Shown here piece after piece: positions 39,801-47,820 of a DNA stretch of 64,000 bases (the first letter of the stretch is position 1; every line of letters starts with the position of its first letter). This DNA is from a virus: the IMG/VR virus record IMGVR_UViG_3300027749_000055, positions 1 through 64,000 of that record; one strand, given 5' to 3'. A program made the translations under genes and the position numbers. A model generated the notes under the pieces. That model saw only the letters and a list, made by a program, of their open reading frames with translations, did not search any database and was not told the origin of the DNA.

Positions 39801-41351
39801 TGCGCCATAAATGGAAACAATGTAAGCGGTTCCGCCACCGTTGGACGTTCCCGTTGTCGAATTGGTGACGGTGAACTGCGAACTGTCTGCGTATGCGATA
39901 GTCGCATTAGAGAGGTTGAGCGAGGGCGTATCGGTAAGACCAATAATCGTGACCGCCTGACCCGCCACAAAAGAGTTGGGTGCGGTGTAGGTGACTGTCG
40001 TTCCATTACCCACAGCCGACGAAATCAAAGCGGTGGTAGAAACCGACACGCTTACATAGTCGGTTGAAGAAACCGTCGTGGAATAGTTGTAGGAACTAGG
40101 CGTTGCGCCAGAAATCGTAATGGGCGTTCCAACGGGCTTTTGAAGGTAACTGTCGTTCCACCCAATTTGGAAATATCCCAAAGTGGCAACTCCCGTTTGC
40201 CCCGTCAAAGTGCCGGAAGCATTGGAACTAACGGTAAATTGCGTCGAGGTTGCGGTGGCAACCGGAACGTTCGTCAGGTTAAACGCCGAGTTCGTTAGCC
40301 CTAAAACGGTAACTACGTCGCCCACGGAAAAGTTGTTGCTTGCGGTATAGGTGACTGTCGAAATACCATCACCACTTGCGCCCGTGATTTGAGCGGCATT
40401 TTTCACTGTAGAAAAATTACTTGACGTGGTGGCGTTGGTGCTGGTGTTTGACTGAGTGTCCTGCAAGGTTAAATAACCTGCCGACACCGCTGTAATTACA
40501 CCAAGGTAATTCGAGTAAGAGTCTGTAAGCGTTTGCCCAACAACAAAGTTGAGTCCGTCGTTGTTTGGAAGAAAAACAACGTTATTGGGAATTGTTACTG
40601 TTACGGTTCCCGCACCCGTGGTGGGGGCAGAAATGGTAATTTGCTTTGACGAACCAATTGAAACAATGGTTGCACCGGACGGAATGTTTGTTCCTGATAC
40701 CGACATACCTACGGCAAGGTTGGCGGTTGAAGAAACGTTGGTCAAAACTGCAGTCGAACCGTCCGTGGTTGCAGTCAGCGTCCACGGCAAGTTGGTGTAA
40801 TAACCAGATGAGAGCGTGTAGTCGGAGAAAAGGCGACGCATAACGGCTTGCGGAACGTCTGGTGGAGTAGAAAAATTCATTGTGATTGGGGTTCCGCCAC
40901 CAATGGTGTCGGGGTATGGAACCGCAGTCCACGTTGGAACGTTTGTGGTGGGAATCAAACCAACCGATTGAATGTTGGCTTGCTCACTGTAAAAATTGTC
41001 CGTTGAGGTATTACCACCATAACCTTCGATAACGGCAAGATTTTGACCCTTTTGGAAACCAGCAACCTCATCTATGAAAAGCCACGATTGGTCAGCACCC
41101 TTGGGAAAGTCGTTTGCGTAAATCGCACTGCCGATAAGGGTGCTATTAGTTGTTGTGGAAAAGCCGGTGAAAAAACGAGTAATGTCCTCAACCTGAATAG
41201 AACTGTAAAGCGAAATGCTATCCAAAATGTTGCCAGCGGCAACTTTGGTCAGGGTTGAAAGTGCTGAGGCTGCGTCGGACGTTTGCGGAACAGACCACCC
41301 TTGGTCGGTCTGGGCATTGGCGTAATTGGGGGCTGCAGTCAGAATCCTCAT
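30834..41351 (-). CDS. giant (3505 aa) tail/adhesin protein with repeated beta modules
   Basis: Follows tape measure; T/S/G-rich; repeated VTYTA.N.F.VG..VT and VG..VSGTGIPS.TT units. Confidence 0.85.
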   Translation of the reverse strand: MRILTAAPNYANAQTDQGWSVPQTSDAASALSTLTKVAAGNILDSISLYSSIQVEDITRFFTGFSTTTNSTLIGSAIYANDFPKGADQSWLFIDEVAGFQKGQNLAVIEGYGGNTSTDNFYSEQANIQSVGLIPTTNVPTWTAVPYPDTIGGGTPITMNFSTPPDVPQAVMRRLFSDYTLSSGYYTNLPWTLTATTDGSTAVLTNVSSTANLAVGMSVSGTNIPSGATIVSIGSSKQITISAPTTGAGTVTVTIPNNVVFLPNNDGLNFVVGQTLTDSYSNYLGVITAVSAGYLTLQDTQSNTSTNATTSSNFSTVKNAAQITGASGDGISTVTYTASNNFSVGDVVTVLGLTNSAFNLTNVPVATATSTQFTVSSNASGTLTGQTGVATLGYFQIGWNDSYLQKPVGTPITISGATPSSYNYSTTVSSTDYVSVSVSTTALISSAVGNGTTVTYTAPNSFVAGQAVTIIGLTDTPSLNLSNATIAYADSSQFTVTNSTTGTSNGGGTAYIVSIYGAMSGASISATAQYHEIAGATIGSPKSFILFDYLDNTGYINTPIPSPSVLSGDNLYDPTNAGGTLIGQAISAPISGATFTTQFQNPTITGYITASYASTLHTVTSITAAGSPTNYYAVLVTGTAHGRSVGDLISFANISAYTGFYTVVTVNSSTTLTFSSTSTTTSVGAVGIMINAVTRLIVNSTVGIQVGMAFGVIGGYLAASTVVGVDAANNAIYINTGAQGSYTYASPGQAFSITTPSSLQNKLITGSTVSTQNPMSLTSGSYSPSIGTTITGSGIPTSTTVTGIPSVGSAGVSLPSYAVTSIVTNSSPYNEAWCLVATSSAHPFVVGQQVTLSGGNYINGTYTISSVPSSTSFNISKTAYGSITTVSSSAAGGGLYTWTYTAGNNLQAGDYITVTGTTNFNVATGEKVVSATSTQFTITRATNPSGGTLTGTWSLATDGSSHLSTGGSVSAYLADTSYFTISNAFTGTLSSNVAVNIADGSSTIDTNGGSTTVSGNWLLVSSSTFTPSLVYPFCTLDGSQIGESSFYGQFRTFPWRAQDVGSVTAPYGKVTLSLTNFAKTPAATLVQSTSLQTGTSTFFVDSTANININSTYLFRNALYTVTTKSQSWTIIGVSTTGSAVTYTTSATHNLATLQTVTISGIIPTTLNLVGVNITGTTSNTFTVSSTETDVYVSGGVVNVAQPYFVANTGSPAYTLATTPYTNGDYAKNSFFAYNSAGYSDGSMITNTGYQNTGSGCVYVDAIAKKHVAGTAVGSWLSGNRYFGSSTTGDIETVAPAFLGSYVSGTLFSDIVSQSSQALIVNGGLTSGSSYKPARSGSPVAPITNFINLTYGNANNVVIVGDGETQEAVVISGSYSTIDGSDITQANAGAVIWSLAEGQSFQYNHSAGETVTIPNVIGSFANNHGKNAPVLSGADNGTVANNGVLTAGALVASNPSGQTTLTTNASMNFTQPWYQSGVSGQPNINTTLTYSATVGSGSITIDDANDFPTAYSSVYNQNDDTTKTPIGLSIGSLGRVVGNTPVGSTQISINVTSGFQQPIALSGTSNFQIVINGDTLTCSSILNNTSSYVFTLTSPTTNTYPDLSPVSTAVMDVSSTITSISVPYFYPTVNVVIGNPITSLTTTPTPIALTNGLNLYLVYGTASAVVTVAQDTPAGSTTIPIQYFKPPHNFPAVIGSNGVITNYNTIITVGLNIPLNQNDVVLLTSGDGTTTQTLTVTAYTPETSTSFSVKPFNPNYPYDNTAQIQYLYPLVLDSGAVQETVYPTALPYSTSNITAGTPPFALPIAFPTVYNHSAGATLEWYEFPTNPAIGDVTYRPDLDSFYIFDGNGWSYARVHNVQNVYSVLGAVSSSYKDKEIFTLVDPVTGAVGTADSFSNNSPASYTVNVGNVRPTDPNGNEWSASSLQNVLLNARVVVPQSTSVALRAIAMQITFRGGPSVAGIYLSPSDILEISDSTNPYIGWTYSDVENDPQTGWDVRVFDDFTYQNSAFDPNSSTPIWKKSANNDASSVFLTSDGFTGTKRFISGEFYWVFVRVSKDFHQKAWWSDWNSAYFATLVTQPQQPLVTAFTDNTNAVNHLAIQVSDNLLGDNNADFGSSVGGWHKGTNDTAGTSLYFGKTATNSSSSFTKGQLISSIPVGASGYVSTVGALSTTTGTGTFSVSSLNGATVKATGFPIGSTSPTSPPFWVTVQNADGTNAEQILVKNLSDGSKTKADTFKIILRNYNYSTGTGGTGLTHSKWSQIVYGLQQPIYTGSNGILSFTYDTTVLGTAVWKIVEPATGGTYSKSVTNSYNIVEGNDQHKNYVLIDDPNDSLPVGSGQSLDCQIQYSTWTVPAAKSYYTFNSAGSSQAVTFIQPKATQTAPTSAQSAEPAKIISVVGATTSGGADVRIGYLSQDHACGTDQHTGKVKVITHLKVTVTNTNISVSPLNSATPNATRLYDDGWRKGDIFKVFGHPFKADGTQDTSRTVAAIFTVASNFSGGQFAGGVSTWNIPVVPTTSCPMYTIPGTKMSAIPVGNMVHYVPAPRHASRKKVIFDKSLNQGQWAGQTVRKNDKLQFTTNKVVGGSTAQGQWFTPQKQVSNKTYQTFYVGLTQYYATYKNAVIPSDPYTTLSIPLGTSSFTGNTTNGSTTVSNISASLLGGLTIGMNVSGTGIPSSTTITYINNINNSITLSNKATANGTTTTITTSVASNAYQSWIISGVGMPAGAYVVSNTASSGGSFTVTLSNSCQQAATGYNGSTGSFTLSGTVDVILYSPAAKKIPAGSTSIPVTPFYSNFNYDAYCPIVITNPPIFGQNTATIDPSLSGTYASPLTAEISLAPASWNGWTATNSVPVYAGNTYGFGGFSKMIEGTRVPSTAGISTPDYPLFTPYVDWYDSYGNLIATSNGTRSLTKPLVTGNITSGSNQLSNVSPITNVAVNQVISGIGIPSGTTVSSISGTTITMSANATASLTNINIYVHNNFTAGTKLNPVQDAATVLTDTKNVWGQGWCPAFMVATAPQNYVLAYAATTSGVTSSTAQLNFSIGLAHSISAGTPLTFNGTFNVITTTTTAQGATTMAVRFTTGTVPPTVGNITVSASYACPRFQWVNVLNTDAYSLSAVMFKAMQAPAPTSDYSPLNTSLATLQSSVVTGAINQPNNNALTIPSSTPTLGEASIYVIDPANDAGTREIHYGSGNSALWSSLTSAANVGDTSIILNSVEGLAANSALTVDFGSSQVEYVNISSTWNGSATVTLASPLWFSHKKGAQIYAATAGISGQVRQNQNSGTQVAVFNWNTAAWVNTANTHTSYKVLVERSEDQGQTWSSLRGGSQLQVNSSGFTSLIDYEAIPNQTTIYRITPTYTTPAGKGVVGIRSASLQANTISNNSWWIASTSDDSIRFAINVLDGMDESQRHPAGTFYPLGSPYPLTVPGVVTGRDGSLKVMWTDPTTWEAFLAFLKRGEIFILLNPVENERRYIFVNQDIQIVHHAAVNPYREITIPFVESAPPTYTYVN

Positions 41352-41389
41352 AGTCGGCTCTCTACCACTCTACTCCGCCTTTGGAAAAA

Positions 41390-44089
41390 CTACCGCCCCA
41401 TTGCCCGCAACGTGCGGTGAAATTCTTTGAACTGACCTTCGACGTGGTGCTTGATGAGTTCGACAGTGTGCTGGTCGGCATTGCCATTGACCACAATGTT
41501 CACGTTGGGGGCTTGCTGAGCCTGTCCGTTGCCTCGACTGCCACGACTCAGGGCGTGAACCGCCGAAATGCTCAATACGGCTTCACCCGCCTGAAGAATG
41601 GCGGGAACTTCGGAACCCTTGCGGCCAGGAACCATACCGCCTTGGTGAAACTTGATGACTTTGGCAGTCTTCGTGTCGTGGACGGTTCGGGTCGGCTTGG
41701 GAGGCCCTGAATTTCCAAGACCGAGGAAGTGTCCAATTCCCTTCAGCGCACCGCCAATTTGGTGACGGAACTGATACGCCAAAAGACCGGCAGCAACCAC
41801 CTGCCCAATACCAGGAATCAAGTTTGCCAACGCCTCTGCACCTGCCATTTCAGCACCCGTGGCAACTGCGTCTGCACCGAGGCTTAGACCCAACTTTTTA
41901 GCAAGCGAGGTTCCACCCAACTTTGCCAGACCGCCACCAATTTTGGTTGCGCCGAACTTCTCTGCCATTGCGCCAAGGCGACCTCCACCCGCTCGAAGAA
42001 GACCATTGCGAGCAAATTTGGCAAGACCCTTTTCGCCAAACTTTTTCATTTCGCTTTCAGCCTTGTTTTTGATTTCTTTTTCAATTGGGTTTGAGCCACT
42101 GCCACCCACACCACCGCCACCTTTTTGAATGACTTTGGTGAGGTTGATAATGGCGTTCGTCAGGTTCACGGTGGGGTTTTTGGTGTTGGTGGACAACATT
42201 CCACCAAGGTCGCCAGTCATTCCGCCAGCCTTGCCCAATAACTTGCCAGCCATTCCACTGAATTTTCCAATAATGGGAATTTTGGAGAATAACTTGACCG
42301 CCAAGCCGGAGTGTTTTTCCACTTCCTTAGCGACGATACCCTCAACCTTTGAGGTTGTTCCGCCACCCAAACGCTTTAGCATTGGAATAGACGCAATAGC
42401 ACCTGCTACACCTTCGCCGCCTTCGAGGGCAGTAACGCCCATCTTGGCAACCTTTCCAAGACCAAACAACGATTTGACCTTGCCTCCCACCGAACCCATA
42501 ATTCCGGTAAGACCACCAAGCCCGCCAGCAATTGCCTTGATTCCCGAAAGCATAAAGTCAATCGGGCCTCCAAACATCTTTTTAGCAAACCACACCGTTG
42601 CAAGTATGGCAAAAGCGTCCTTCAAAAGACCCACACCACCGACCAATTTTGCCATTGAAGCAATGACGAGAAGAAATTGGTTTCCCGCTTTGATGAGAAT
42701 GGCTAGAAACTTAACAAAATATTCGACCAAAAGGGCAAGATACGGCAACATCTGAATCAACGTCGGCAAGGCGGCGATAAAAAACTGTGCGAACGTCGTT
42801 GCCAACAACGGGAGAAGGGGCGCAATGGCAACAATGGTTTGTTCGAGGGCGTTCAGGAAGACTTGCATTTGCCCATTGCTGACCATATCGCTGAACGCCT
42901 TAGATACCGCTTCGGCGGCGGGCTGAAGGTTTTTGGCAAACGTGTTTGCCATATCGGTCAAAATGTAAGCCAGACCCTTGAAATCGCCCTTGCCGTTGAT
43001 AATGGTGGTCAAAATACCCACCAAGGGCTTAGCCATTTGTGCAATGACGTTGATGACTGATTCTGCAATGGTCAGAATGGCTGGCAAAATGCCTTGGGCT
43101 AGGGCGTTGAACAAGGGAACTAAAACCGTGAAAATATCACCAAGGCTCTTACCGAGTGCTTCGGTTGTTGCCTGAATCGCAGTCGCCATAGATTCGAACA
43201 CGGGCTGTAGCGCATTGAGAAGCGGGGTCAAAGCCTGTGCGAATGATTCAAGAATTGGAAGAAGACCGACACCAATAGACTGATAAATCAACATCAAGTC
43301 ATTTTTCAATCTGTCCATAGGAGAACGGCTTGCCGACGCAATTCCCTGAACGTGCTTGTTGATATCTTGAAGCAACAAGTCCTGAGCCGCAAGCAGACCA
43401 GAGGTCGCTTCGGTAGCCTTAATTCGCTGTTGCTCAGCCTTCGAGAGCGACACACCCGTTCGCACCATTGCGCTCATACGCTTGGCGGGGTCGGTCAAAA
43501 CACGGCTCAGGAGTCGGGCTGAACCAACTACAGAACCACCGCTACCGCCACCCATAACCTCAGCCATATTTGCAGCGTTCTGCAATGTAAGTTTCATATC
43601 GCTGGCGTGTGCTTGATACAACTTCGCAAGGTCTTGGTTGGGAAGCAGAAGGTTCTGTGCTTGGATATATTGGTTTTTAGCAATACCCGTTTGAACAGAC
43701 AGGCTGTTTGCCTGATTGTCGAGGATTACCGAGTAGGCACGACCCGACTTAGTAACTTGGTCGTTGGTTTTTACTATTTTGCCGGATTGGTCTACGATAT
43801 TGCCCGAAATGTTCTTCAGGCTCACGCCCATTGCGGCTTGGTTGTTGAGAAGGACAGCCTGAATCTTCTGCAACTTGACTTGCTGTGCGCCGAGTTCAAG
43901 ACCCTTATCAACGGCTGTGCCAAGGGCAAGCCAACCAACGGCTTTCTTTAGGATTCCACCAAGTTCGTTGAACTGCTCGCCAACCTTTTTGGAAGTTTCC
44001 GAGGCGGCTTTTTCGGTTTCCTTAAACGACTCCTTTACCCCCGAAGCGTCGCCAAGGATTTTATAAAGGAGTGAGTTTTCGTCTGCCAT
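41390..44089 (-). CDS. tape measure protein
   Basis: ILGDAS start, long amphipathic helices, FHQGG.VPG...EVPAILQAGE C-terminus. Confidence 0.9.
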   Translation of the reverse strand: MADENSLLYKILGDASGVKESFKETEKAASETSKKVGEQFNELGGILKKAVGWLALGTAVDKGLELGAQQVKLQKIQAVLLNNQAAMGVSLKNISGNIVDQSGKIVKTNDQVTKSGRAYSVILDNQANSLSVQTGIAKNQYIQAQNLLLPNQDLAKLYQAHASDMKLTLQNAANMAEVMGGGSGGSVVGSARLLSRVLTDPAKRMSAMVRTGVSLSKAEQQRIKATEATSGLLAAQDLLLQDINKHVQGIASASRSPMDRLKNDLMLIYQSIGVGLLPILESFAQALTPLLNALQPVFESMATAIQATTEALGKSLGDIFTVLVPLFNALAQGILPAILTIAESVINVIAQMAKPLVGILTTIINGKGDFKGLAYILTDMANTFAKNLQPAAEAVSKAFSDMVSNGQMQVFLNALEQTIVAIAPLLPLLATTFAQFFIAALPTLIQMLPYLALLVEYFVKFLAILIKAGNQFLLVIASMAKLVGGVGLLKDAFAILATVWFAKKMFGGPIDFMLSGIKAIAGGLGGLTGIMGSVGGKVKSLFGLGKVAKMGVTALEGGEGVAGAIASIPMLKRLGGGTTSKVEGIVAKEVEKHSGLAVKLFSKIPIIGKFSGMAGKLLGKAGGMTGDLGGMLSTNTKNPTVNLTNAIINLTKVIQKGGGGVGGSGSNPIEKEIKNKAESEMKKFGEKGLAKFARNGLLRAGGGRLGAMAEKFGATKIGGGLAKLGGTSLAKKLGLSLGADAVATGAEMAGAEALANLIPGIGQVVAAGLLAYQFRHQIGGALKGIGHFLGLGNSGPPKPTRTVHDTKTAKVIKFHQGGMVPGRKGSEVPAILQAGEAVLSISAVHALSRGSRGNGQAQQAPNVNIVVNGNADQHTVELIKHHVEGQFKEFHRTLRAMGR

Positions 44090-44130
44090 AAGGGTTTACC
44101 TAGCCCTTAGTCTGCCACAGGATTTTAGAA

Positions 44131-44325
44131 TTACCCATTGCGGGCGGCACGTTCCGCTTCTTCTTGCTCATAGGCACGAAGATTCCATATAGCCTGCCAT
44201 TCCACTAACTCTTTTGAAGATAGTGGTCTATGCGCTGGGGAACCTTCGAGAAGTTCGCCAACCGTCCGACCCAATTTTTCCGCTAACTCAAAGAGAAAGC
44301 GTCGGTCAGGGTTGGCTAAGAGTCT
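44131..44325 (-). CDS. tail assembly chaperone, -1 frameshift extension (gpT-like)
   Basis: -1 frame after GGGAAAA reads RLLANPDRRFLFELAEKLGRTVGELL...ELVEWQA...RNG*. Confidence 0.8.
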   Translation of the reverse strand, partial: RLLANPDRRFLFELAEKLGRTVGELLEGSPAHRPLSSKELVEWQAIWNLRAYEQEEAERAARNG

Positions 44326-44669
44326 TTTCCCGCAACATCAGCCGCCCCGTCAGCCAAACCCGAAAGTTCCATTGCGACGGTAGCGATTTGCTCAATGGCA
44401 GCGGCACTCTTAGCAAGAAGAGCGTCACGGTCATTTTCGCTAAACACCCTCTCGCCCGTTTCGGGGTCGTAGGTACAAAGGATAACAATTTCGGGCAGCA
44501 CGTTGCCGAGGTCAATGTTGCCACCATTTTCAGCGGCCGACGCCAACATCTTGCTACGGTCACGGGCGGTCATTGACTTGACGACAACGCTCACATTCCA
44601 CTGCTTGACTTCGACAACCTTCGACTCAATGTCGTCGGAAGCAAAAATCTGTTCTGAAAGGCTAGACAT
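44316..44669 (-). CDS. tail assembly chaperone (gpG-like)
   Basis: Between tail tube and tape measure; ends at slippery G GGA AAA (44331-44325). Confidence 0.85.
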   Translation of the reverse strand: MSSLSEQIFASDDIESKVVEVKQWNVSVVVKSMTARDRSKMLASAAENGGNIDLGNVLPEIVILCTYDPETGERVFSENDRDALLAKSAAAIEQIATVAMELSGLADGAADVAGKDS

Positions 44670-44736
44670 AGCACTCCGTTTCTAGGGGTAAACCCCTAGT
44701 CATAGAGTGTAGTCGCTGTTTTGGAATCGTGCAGGA

Positions 44737-45459
44737 TTACAGAATCGAGCGGGTCACGACACCCGTGACCTGCAATTCGCCGTCAAACGAAATCACAGCG
44801 TTCACGCCCGACTTCAAGTCATACTTGTTCAGGAGAGCCTGACCGTAGAAGACAACCGAAGGGGTCTGACCCGTAAACGCCCCAGGCGTCGAAGGCCCGT
44901 AGATGAACGAGATGAACTTGCCAGCGTCCTGAAAAGAAATCAGCGAGTTCATAATTGCGTCAGTTCCACCCGTGGTGGTCGAAGAACCGGCGGTGGGGTC
45001 ATACATACCGGCAAACGTAATCGTGTAGGCCTTCAGACCCACAATGTAGGTCTTTACACCAGCCTGCGAGAACGTGGTCGTCTCAGGGGTTTCTATTTGC
45101 GTCGGGAACGAAACGTCGTTGATGAAGGGCGAGAGGTTCACCATAGGAAGCACGGGGCTTCCTGCAGCAGCGGAAACCGAAGAGGGTGACACCGAGAGGG
45201 TGTAGGACGTCGTGGCGGTGGCAAACGGGGTTGCCGTGCCAACGGGGATACCGTTCACGAACGCACCGTAGACCGTCGAGGTCGGGGTGGAAATCGCCTT
45301 GTCCGCTAGTGAAATACCGCCAGCGAGCAAAGTTCCCGCCGTGGGGGTCACGGTCAGCGAACCACTCGTAATCGAGCCTGTGTTTATCGTAGCGGCACTT
45401 GTTTCGTAGCCAATTGCCAGAAACCCGTTCTTACCGTGTTGGAAAGCAGGAGTAGCCAT
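44737..45459 (-). CDS. major tail (tube) protein
   Basis: FQHGK...ETTTF...KTYIVGLK...GELQVTG. Confidence 0.8.
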   Translation of the reverse strand: MATPAFQHGKNGFLAIGYETSAATINTGSITSGSLTVTPTAGTLLAGGISLADKAISTPTSTVYGAFVNGIPVGTATPFATATTSYTLSVSPSSVSAAAGSPVLPMVNLSPFINDVSFPTQIETPETTTFSQAGVKTYIVGLKAYTITFAGMYDPTAGSSTTTGGTDAIMNSLISFQDAGKFISFIYGPSTPGAFTGQTPSVVFYGQALLNKYDLKSGVNAVISFDGELQVTGVVTRSIL

Positions 45460-45472
45460 TATTTATTCCTTC

Positions 45473-46429
45473 CTAGAAACGGGCAAACCCGTAGCAGATA
45501 GTTGCCGACGGGCTTGTTCCCGAAAGCGTCCAAATGAGTTGTGTGTATTGCAACAGCGGATTCGGCAAAAACAAGACCACGTTGCCAACCGTCGAAATGG
45601 TTGAACCAGAAACCGTCTGGTAGGTCGAGTTGTTAGCCGAGTGCTGAAAACTGAGGCTCAAAGTTCCTTGCAGTGCAAGAACGTTGATAATCAGAAGACC
45701 GCCCCTAGTGGTTTGCAGACCATTGTTTTTGGCAGTGGTGCTACTGCTAGAGGTCGTAGTGAAATATTGCCCGAAGCCACGCCACACGCCACCGTCGGAG
45801 ACGATTTCGGTGTCTATAGCCACAACGCCCGAAACGGGAGTCTTCAGGTCATACTTGTTTTCCAATCCACGGGCGAGGTGGCACACAGAATTCTGCGCCG
45901 TTCCGCCGTCGGGGAACACAAGTACCGCCTCGTCTGCGGAGTTTTTTGTGGCGTTTGCCATAATCTCATCTACCGCAGCGTATGAGCCGTCGTAAAAACC
46001 GGCGAGGGTGATTGAGCCCTCCTTCAAGCCTGAGATGTAGGTCTTCACACCGCTGTTTTGGAAGGTCGTTGTCTCAACGGGGTCTAAGGCAGTGGCGACA
46101 CTTACATCATTGAAGAACTGAGAGAGGTCGAATGAAGCACCATTCGAGAGGGCAAAGGAGATAAGGGTCGGCGCAGTCAGGCTTGAAGAAGCCGTGGCAT
46201 TTGCCGAGAGGGTCAAAGTGTATTGAGTAATCGCCGTAACCGTGGTGCTTGACGGGATTCCCGTGCCCGTGACGGTTGCGCCGAGAGGCAGGGTGGCAGG
46301 CAGATTTCCCACAATGGTCACAACGTTGCTACCACTGGCGAGAACGCCTAGGAACGATTGGCTGGTCTGCGAGGGGTTTGAGAACACAACCCGTGAGTTC
46401 TTACCGTGGAGAAATGAAGGGCCAGCCAT
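45473..46429 (-). CDS. tail tube paralog with beta insertion and C-terminal domain
   Basis: FLHGK...ETTTF...KTYISGLK...NKYDLK shared with 44737-45459. Confidence 0.75.
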   Translation of the reverse strand: MAGPSFLHGKNSRVVFSNPSQTSQSFLGVLASGSNVVTIVGNLPATLPLGATVTGTGIPSSTTVTAITQYTLTLSANATASSSLTAPTLISFALSNGASFDLSQFFNDVSVATALDPVETTTFQNSGVKTYISGLKEGSITLAGFYDGSYAAVDEIMANATKNSADEAVLVFPDGGTAQNSVCHLARGLENKYDLKTPVSGVVAIDTEIVSDGGVWRGFGQYFTTTSSSSTTAKNNGLQTTRGGLLIINVLALQGTLSLSFQHSANNSTYQTVSGSTISTVGNVVLFLPNPLLQYTQLIWTLSGTSPSATICYGFARF

Positions 46430-46689
46430 TATTGAGCCTCTGTAGTGACCTCAGAGCCGTCGGAAGGAACGCTCGAAGGGTTTGGGGTAGGAGATTCATC
46501 AGGTGTTACGGGGGTTTCGGCAGGCACGGGGGCAGCGTCAGAGGGGGCAATCCAGCCCAACGCCAAGTCCGACGTAATGCTGTCGGCTGGGTAGTCGGTC
46601 ACGATATCGCCCGTCTGCACGAATTTCCCGTTGTAGTAAAGCGGCGTAGGGCTGATGACCACATACGCAACTTGCTTAGCCTTTGCCAT
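46429..46689 (-). CDS. small virion-associated protein
   Basis: GDIV...LALGWI pattern, P-rich tail. Confidence 0.55.
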   Translation of the reverse strand: MAKAKQVAYVVISPTPLYYNGKFVQTGDIVTDYPADSITSDLALGWIAPSDAAPVPAETPVTPDESPTPNPSSVPSDGSEVTTEAQ

Positions 46690-46736
46690 ACGACCTTCCG
46701 AGTAGATGACTTCGGGAAAATCGTAGCATTGGAAAT

Positions 46737-46772
46737 AGAAAAACCCGTTGGCTCAAAACCAACGGGTCTTTC
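46737..46772 (-). terminator. intrinsic terminator
   Basis: ACCCGTTGG...CCAACGGGT followed by TTTT on minus strand. Confidence 0.65.
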
Positions 46773-46787
46773 ATTGTGGAGGTGGGT

Positions 46788-47060
46788 TTAGTCCTCCGAG
46801 GCTGTCCTGCGCTTGCGCTTACGGATTGCCGAGACACGGTGAGGGTAGAAGGCTCGAATGGACTTGTTCCCATTCGTGCCGCCGTGGACGATTACGTCCG
46901 TGACCTCGCCCTGACGAGTGTGAATCTTGATGAACGTGAACTCGCCACGCTCGCCCTGAACCCTCACGGGGTCATTGGGTTGAATTCCGTTCCACTCCAA
47001 CTCGACCTGATAGGTCGGCGTGTAGTGAGGCGCAATCTCCATTGTCTTCCTAGTTGCCAT
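46788..47060 (-). CDS. small SH3-like beta protein, moron-like insertion
   Basis: Own promoter TTGATG-N17-TAGGAT, AAAGGAGGAACC RBS, own terminator. Confidence 0.7.
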   Translation of the reverse strand: MATRKTMEIAPHYTPTYQVELEWNGIQPNDPVRVQGERGEFTFIKIHTRQGEVTDVIVHGGTNGNKSIRAFYPHRVSAIRKRKRRTASED

Positions 47061-47122
47061 ATGTGGTTCCTCCTTTGAAGCAACGAGTGAATCCTAGCAT
47101 ACTTATCAACCCCCATCAAGTA

Positions 47123-47359
47123 TTAGGAAACAATTTTTTCTTGATAACCACATTCACAAACTTGAAACACGCCTGCGCCCGTTGAGATTTTCAATGCGTT
47201 TTCGTGGGTGCAATCCCCTTCGACAACATCTTCTGTCGCCTCTACGGGCTTCTGAGCGGGTGCGATTATCTCCAACACAGCGTCAATCGCCATAATTGAA
47301 GCGAGATTGCTTTCACGGGCTGCTTGTAGCGCAAGCACTACGACGTTGGGAGAACTCAC
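47123..47359 (-). CDS. hypothetical protein (CTH...CECG)
   Basis: ORF in operon. Confidence 0.6.
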   Translation of the reverse strand: MSSPNVVVLALQAARESNLASIMAIDAVLEIIAPAQKPVEATEDVVEGDCTHENALKISTGAGVFQVCECGYQEKIVS

Positions 47360-47820
47360 GGCATAGGCAGACCGTCACTGCCAACGTTCATAGTGAAGGT
47401 GAAGTTCATTGTGAACTTGGGACGTTGAATCTCGTCATAACCAATTGGGTTAGGAATACCGAGTGATTCAATCCTGAGAACATTTGTGAAGTAAGTCGAG
47501 TTCGGAAGAATCACTCCGGTCAGCGTGTTGCGAATCAAGCGTGACCACGCATACGCCGTTGGGTAGTCCTCTCGAAGACCACGCACCTCAATCTGCACCT
47601 TGGGATACTCGATTGCGGAGTTGCCACCTGCGCCCATAGTGAACGTCGGGGCTTTGCCCTGATATTGCTGAATGACGATTGCAGCGTCGGGGGCTTCGGC
47701 GGGGTATCGAGCCAAGAACATATTGACTCCACTCACCAATCCCTGAGTCCCGTAAGTTGCGGGAACAAGCGTCGCTTGTAGGTATGAGGCAATCTCTTCG
47801 ATTAGTGGCGTGTAGGTCAT
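47356..47820 (-). CDS. tail terminator / minor capsid-family protein
   Basis: P.APD..I...YP.VQI.VRG...GYDE.QRP.F..NF. Confidence 0.75.
   Translation of the reverse strand: MTYTPLIEEIASYLQATLVPATYGTQGLVSGVNMFLARYPAEAPDAAIVIQQYQGKAPTFTMGAGGNSAIEYPKVQIEVRGLREDYPTAYAWSRLIRNTLTGVILPNSTYFTNVLRIESLGIPNPIGYDEIQRPKFTMNFTFTMNVGSDGLPMP

Noticed and set aside
42095-42130. IQKGGGGVGGSGS in the tape measure as another effector linker
   Set aside because: Lacks GGxGSG(R/V) spacing; Gly-rich patches are common in tape measures
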